Shown: positions 9,065 through 12,467 of the stretch, piece by piece
Layout of the letters: each line of letters begins with the position of its first letter
How positions within the stretch are numbered: the stretch's first letter is position 1
Assembly: GCA_046542505.1 (NCBI GenBank)
Contig: JBKHBH010000060.1
Span: 1 to 12,467 of the forward strand
From: Thermovirgaceae bacterium
Lineage (GTDB): Bacteria; Synergistota; Synergistia; Synergistales; Thermovirgaceae
Direction of reading: 5' to 3'
DNA length: 12,467 bases
The notes under the pieces: model-generated
What the model saw: only the letters and a program-made list of their open reading frames with translations
Told to the model about the DNA's origin: nothing
Databases searched by the model: none
Translations under genes and position numbers: made by a program

Positions 9065-9337
9065 GTGCCCTTGAACGAGTTGGCTGTGAGTTCCCGGCTG
9101 GTCGGAACAAGGAAGTTGGCTAGGGCCCTCAAAGAGGGTAACGTCCGCAAGGTTTTTTTGGCCAGAGATGCCGATGCTGCGCTGACGGCTCCGATTGAGC
9201 GGGAAGCAGTGGCTGCAGCGGTCCCGGTCGAATGGGTCAGATCGAGACAAGCTCTTGGAAGGGCTTGCTGTATTGACCGGCCGACTGCGGCAGCGGGTAT
9301 CGGAGTTGAGCCAGCGAAGCAGGATAGGCAGGAATAA
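9065..9337 (+). CDS. L7Ae/L30e-family RNA-binding protein (YbxF-like), 90 aa
   Basis: MPLNELAVSSRLVGTRKLARALKEGNVRKVFLARDAD...VPVEWVRSRQALGRACCIDRPTAAAGI matches the L7Ae pattern (vG.k...kal..G....v.lA.Dad; LG.AcgI.v.aa.v.i). It sits between rpoC and rpsL, as Bacillus ybxF does. GTG 9065 follows SD AAGGGGGG (9051-9058). The listed start at 8984 lies upstream of the promoter. Confidence 0.88.
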   Translation: MPLNELAVSSRLVGTRKLARALKEGNVRKVFLARDADAALTAPIEREAVAAAVPVEWVRSRQALGRACCIDRPTAAAGIGVEPAKQDRQE

Positions 9338-9368
9338 AAAATAGTATTTCCCTGGAGGAGGGAGTTGC

Positions 9369-9740
9369 GTGCCGACAATCAATCAGCTTATCAGGAAGGG
9401 CCGTTTTGAAAAGAAGGAGCGCTCAAGTGCACCTGCACTCCAACGAAACCCCATGAGAAGAGGTGTGTGTACCAGGGTGTACACAGTAACCCCGAAAAAG
9501 CCGAACTCGGCCTTGAGGAAGGTTGCAAGGGTACGCCTGACCAACGGTATTGAGGTGACTTCATATATTCCGGGTGTGGGGCACAACCTGCAAGAGCACT
9601 CCGTCGTCCTCGTCAGGGGTGGCCGTGTCAAGGACTTGCCCGGTGTGCGTTACCATATCGTCCGTGGAACCCTTGACTGTGGTGGAGTCGAGGGCAGGCG
9701 GCAGAGCCGGTCCAAGTACGGCGCAAGACGGCCCAAATAA
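9369..9740 (+). CDS. rpsL: 30S ribosomal protein S12
   Basis: [55 protein letters not shown] start after GGAGGAGGGAG (9354-9364). Confidence 0.98.
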   Translation: MPTINQLIRKGRFEKKERSSAPALQRNPMRRGVCTRVYTVTPKKPNSALRKVARVRLTNGIEVTSYIPGVGHNLQEHSVVLVRGGRVKDLPGVRYHIVRGTLDCGGVEGRRQSRSKYGARRPK

Positions 9741-9761
9741 CCGAAGGAGGCTGCTGGATAA

Positions 9762-10232
9762 ATGCCAAGGAAAGGACATGTCCGGAAAAGGGAAGCACAA
9801 CCCGACCCCAGATACGGAAGCGCGGAAATAACACGGTTCATTAATTCCATCATGAAGGACGGGAAAAAGAGCCTCGCAGAACGGATCATGTATGAGGCGC
9901 TGGATACGGCTGCAAAGCGGCTGAATACGGATCCCATGGATGTTTTCGAGAAAGCCATGGAAAACGCCCGACCCGTCGTCGAAGTTCGTCCGCGACGTGT
10001 AGGGGGGGCGACCTACCAGGTTCCTGTCGAGGTCCAGCCGGAAAGGGCGCAAGCTCTGGCGACGCGGTGGCTCCTTCAGTACGCGCGAGGAAGGTCGGGC
10101 ATGCCCATGACGGAAAGGCTCGCGCGAGAGCTTGTTGATGCCTACAAGGGTGAAGGCAGCACGATAAAAAAGAAGGAAGACACCCACAGAATGGCCGAAG
10201 CGAACAGGGCCTTTGCGCATTATCGGTGGTAA
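9762..10232 (+). CDS. rpsG: 30S ribosomal protein S7
   Basis: MPRKG..., MKDGKKSLAERI, RRVGGATYQVPVEV, HRMAEANRAFAHYRW. SD AAGGAGG (9744-9750). Confidence 0.98.
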   Translation: MPRKGHVRKREAQPDPRYGSAEITRFINSIMKDGKKSLAERIMYEALDTAAKRLNTDPMDVFEKAMENARPVVEVRPRRVGGATYQVPVEVQPERAQALATRWLLQYARGRSGMPMTERLARELVDAYKGEGSTIKKKEDTHRMAEANRAFAHYRW

Positions 10233-10299
10233 GCCGAGTGGAAACGGATGTGCCGGAAGGCAACTACAGGATGTCTTACCGGCAAGGTGGTGAGTTGAC

Positions 10300-12363
10300 G
10301 TGTCTGAATTTAACCTGAAAAATATACGGAATATCGGGATTGCCGCCCACATCGATGCGGGAAAGACGACGACCACGGAGCGCATCCTGTTCTATACCGG
10401 CCGAAAGCACAAGATGGGCGAAGTCCACGAAGGTGCCGCCACCATGGACTGGATGGAGCAGGAACGCGAGCGGGGCATCACCATAACCTCTGCAGCGACG
10501 ACCTGTTTCTGGCGAAATCATCAGATAAATATTATTGATACACCCGGCCACGTGGACTTTACCGTCGAGGTCGAGCGTTCCATGAGGGTTCTTGATGGAG
10601 CCGTAGCGGTCTTCTGTGCCGTTGGAGGCGTGGAACCCCAGTCGGAAACGGTCTGGCGCCAGGCGGACAAGTATCATGTTCCGCGAATTGCCTTTGTGAA
10701 CAAGATGGATCGCGTGGGAGCCGATTTTGGTTCCGTCGTTTCGCAGATGAAAGAGAAACTTGGAGCCAGGGCTGTTCCGATACAGATACCCATTGGCGTG
10801 GAGGACAACTTCAGCGGAGTCGTGGATCTTGTGAAATTCAAGGCCGTTGTGTATCATGACGAGCTTGGCTCCCAGCCGAAGGAAGTAGATATCCCTCCGG
10901 AACTCCTTGAGGAGGCCCAGTACGCCAGGGAGGTTCTGGTGGAAACCCTTGCGGATTTTGATGAAAAGATCATGATCCTTTTCCTGGACGGAGAGGCCGT
11001 TCCAGAGGAAATGCTCCGTCGCGCGATCAGGGAGAATACCATAAATCTCAACATTTTTCCCGTGACCTGCGGGTCGGCATTCAAGAACAAGGGAGTCCAG
11101 CCGCTTCTTGATGCCGTTGTGGCGTACCTGCCGAGTCCGCTGGAATTACCCCCCGTGAAGGGAATTCATCCCGATTCGGGCGACACGGTGACGCTCAAGC
11201 CCGATGTGGACGAACCCTTTGCGGCTCTTGCCTTCAAGATCGTTGTGGACCCCTTCGTGGGACGGCTTGTGTATTGCCGTATCTATTCCGGTACCGTCCA
11301 CAGCGGGGAAAGCCTCTTGAACACGACGACACGGGGCAAGGAGCGTGTAGGGCGGATCTTGAGAATGCACGCCAACAAGCGTGAAGAACTGGAACTGTCG
11401 GAGACAGGCATGATCGTGGCTCTTCCGGGGCTCAAGGCGACGAAAACGGGAGATACCCTGTGCAGCGAGAAGAATCCCGTTATTCTCGAGATGCTGGCCT
11501 TCCCGGAACCGGTCATTTCTCTCTCAGTGGAGCCCATGAGCAAGGTCGACCAGGTCAAGCTTTCAAAGGGCCTCACAGGGCTTGCCGAGGAGGACCCCAC
11601 ATTCAGGGTGAAAACCGATGAAGAGACGGGCCAGACTGTCATTTCAGGCATGGGCGAGCTCCATCTGGAGATCATTGTCGATCGTCTCAAGCGTGAATAC
11701 GGCGTGGATGTTAAAGTCGGCAGGCCCCAGGTGGCCTACCGCGAGGCGATCAAAAACGCATCCTCGGCAGAGGGGCGGTTCGTGAGGCAGTCGGGCGGAC
11801 GCGGGCAGTACGGCCACGTGGTCCTGGAGCTTGAACCCATTCCCGATGGAAAGGGCTTTGAGTTCGAGAACAAGATCGTCGGCGGGGCGATACCGAAAGA
11901 GTTTATTCCCGCCGTACAGAAGGGGCTCGTGGAAGCAGTCGGTACAGGCATTCTCGGAGGGTACCCGGTGATAGGAGTCAAGGCGGCCCTCGTCGACGGG
12001 AGTTTTCATGAAGTCGACAGTTCGGAAATGGCGTTCAAGATCGCTGCCTCGATGGCCTTCAAGGAAGCCATGAAACGGGCGACACCTGTTCTCATGGAGC
12101 CGATCATGCACGTCGAAGTGGTGACCCCCGAAGATTATCTCGGCGACGTCATGGGCGATTTGTCCGGAAGACGGGGACATGTCGAGGGAATGGAAATGCG
12201 GGGGAATACGAGAATCGTCAATGCTCACGTGCCGCTTTCGGAGATGTTCGGCTACGCTACGGATCTCAGGAGTAAGACCTCCGGAAGGGCGTCCTATTCG
12301 ATGCAGTTCTCCCGCTACGAGGAAGTCCCGCAGACTTTGGCGGATCAACTGCTGGACCGCTAA
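10300..12363 (+). CDS. fusA: Elongation factor G (687 aa)
   Basis: [58 protein letters not shown] and [17 protein letters not shown] start after AAGGTGGTGA (10284-10293). Confidence 0.98.
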   Translation: MSEFNLKNIRNIGIAAHIDAGKTTTTERILFYTGRKHKMGEVHEGAATMDWMEQERERGITITSAATTCFWRNHQINIIDTPGHVDFTVEVERSMRVLDGAVAVFCAVGGVEPQSETVWRQADKYHVPRIAFVNKMDRVGADFGSVVSQMKEKLGARAVPIQIPIGVEDNFSGVVDLVKFKAVVYHDELGSQPKEVDIPPELLEEAQYAREVLVETLADFDEKIMILFLDGEAVPEEMLRRAIRENTINLNIFPVTCGSAFKNKGVQPLLDAVVAYLPSPLELPPVKGIHPDSGDTVTLKPDVDEPFAALAFKIVVDPFVGRLVYCRIYSGTVHSGESLLNTTTRGKERVGRILRMHANKREELELSETGMIVALPGLKATKTGDTLCSEKNPVILEMLAFPEPVISLSVEPMSKVDQVKLSKGLTGLAEEDPTFRVKTDEETGQTVISGMGELHLEIIVDRLKREYGVDVKVGRPQVAYREAIKNASSAEGRFVRQSGGRGQYGHVVLELEPIPDGKGFEFENKIVGGAIPKEFIPAVQKGLVEAVGTGILGGYPVIGVKAALVDGSFHEVDSSEMAFKIAASMAFKEAMKRATPVLMEPIMHVEVVTPEDYLGDVMGDLSGRRGHVEGMEMRGNTRIVNAHVPLSEMFGYATDLRSKTSGRASYSMQFSRYEEVPQTLADQLLDR

Positions 12364-12412
12364 AAACAGCAGTATAAACCGATAATGAATGTTATCAGGG
12401 AGGGAATGAAAG

Positions 12413-12467
12413 ATGGCGAAGGCACATTTTGACAGATCGAAGCCTCACTTGAACATTGGGACGATAG
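12413..12467 (+). CDS. tuf: Elongation factor Tu, 5' end (partial, runs off the window)
   Basis: ATG 12413 reads MAKAHFDRSKPHLNIGTI, the typical EF-Tu N-terminus. SD AGGGAGGG (12397-12404) and canonical position after fusA. Confidence 0.95.
   Translation, partial: MAKAHFDRSKPHLNIGTI

Noticed and set aside
9369..9740. Streptomycin-resistance substitutions in S12
   Set aside because: The lysines in TPKKPNSA and RVKDLPG are wild type.

Overview
A housekeeping transcription/translation locus, with every supported gene on the + strand: the 3' end of a Sua5/YwlC-type gene, tRNA-Leu(CAG), rpoB, rpoC, an L7Ae-family (YbxF-like) gene, rpsL, rpsG, fusA and the start of tuf. The oversized RpoC suggests phylum Synergistota (inference). 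I see no mobile element, CRISPR array or new gene system. Three things stand out. (1) The 1657-aa beta' subunit carries two large insertions, each apparently built from about five diverged copies of a small module native to RNA polymerase. (2) The tRNA-rpoB spacer is highly structured: a 17-bp terminator-like hairpin contains a TTGACA-N17-TATCCT promoter, and the rpoB Shine-Dalgarno can be sequestered. (3) rpoB is not preceded by the usual rplJ-rplL genes. All alignments and folds were done by eye.
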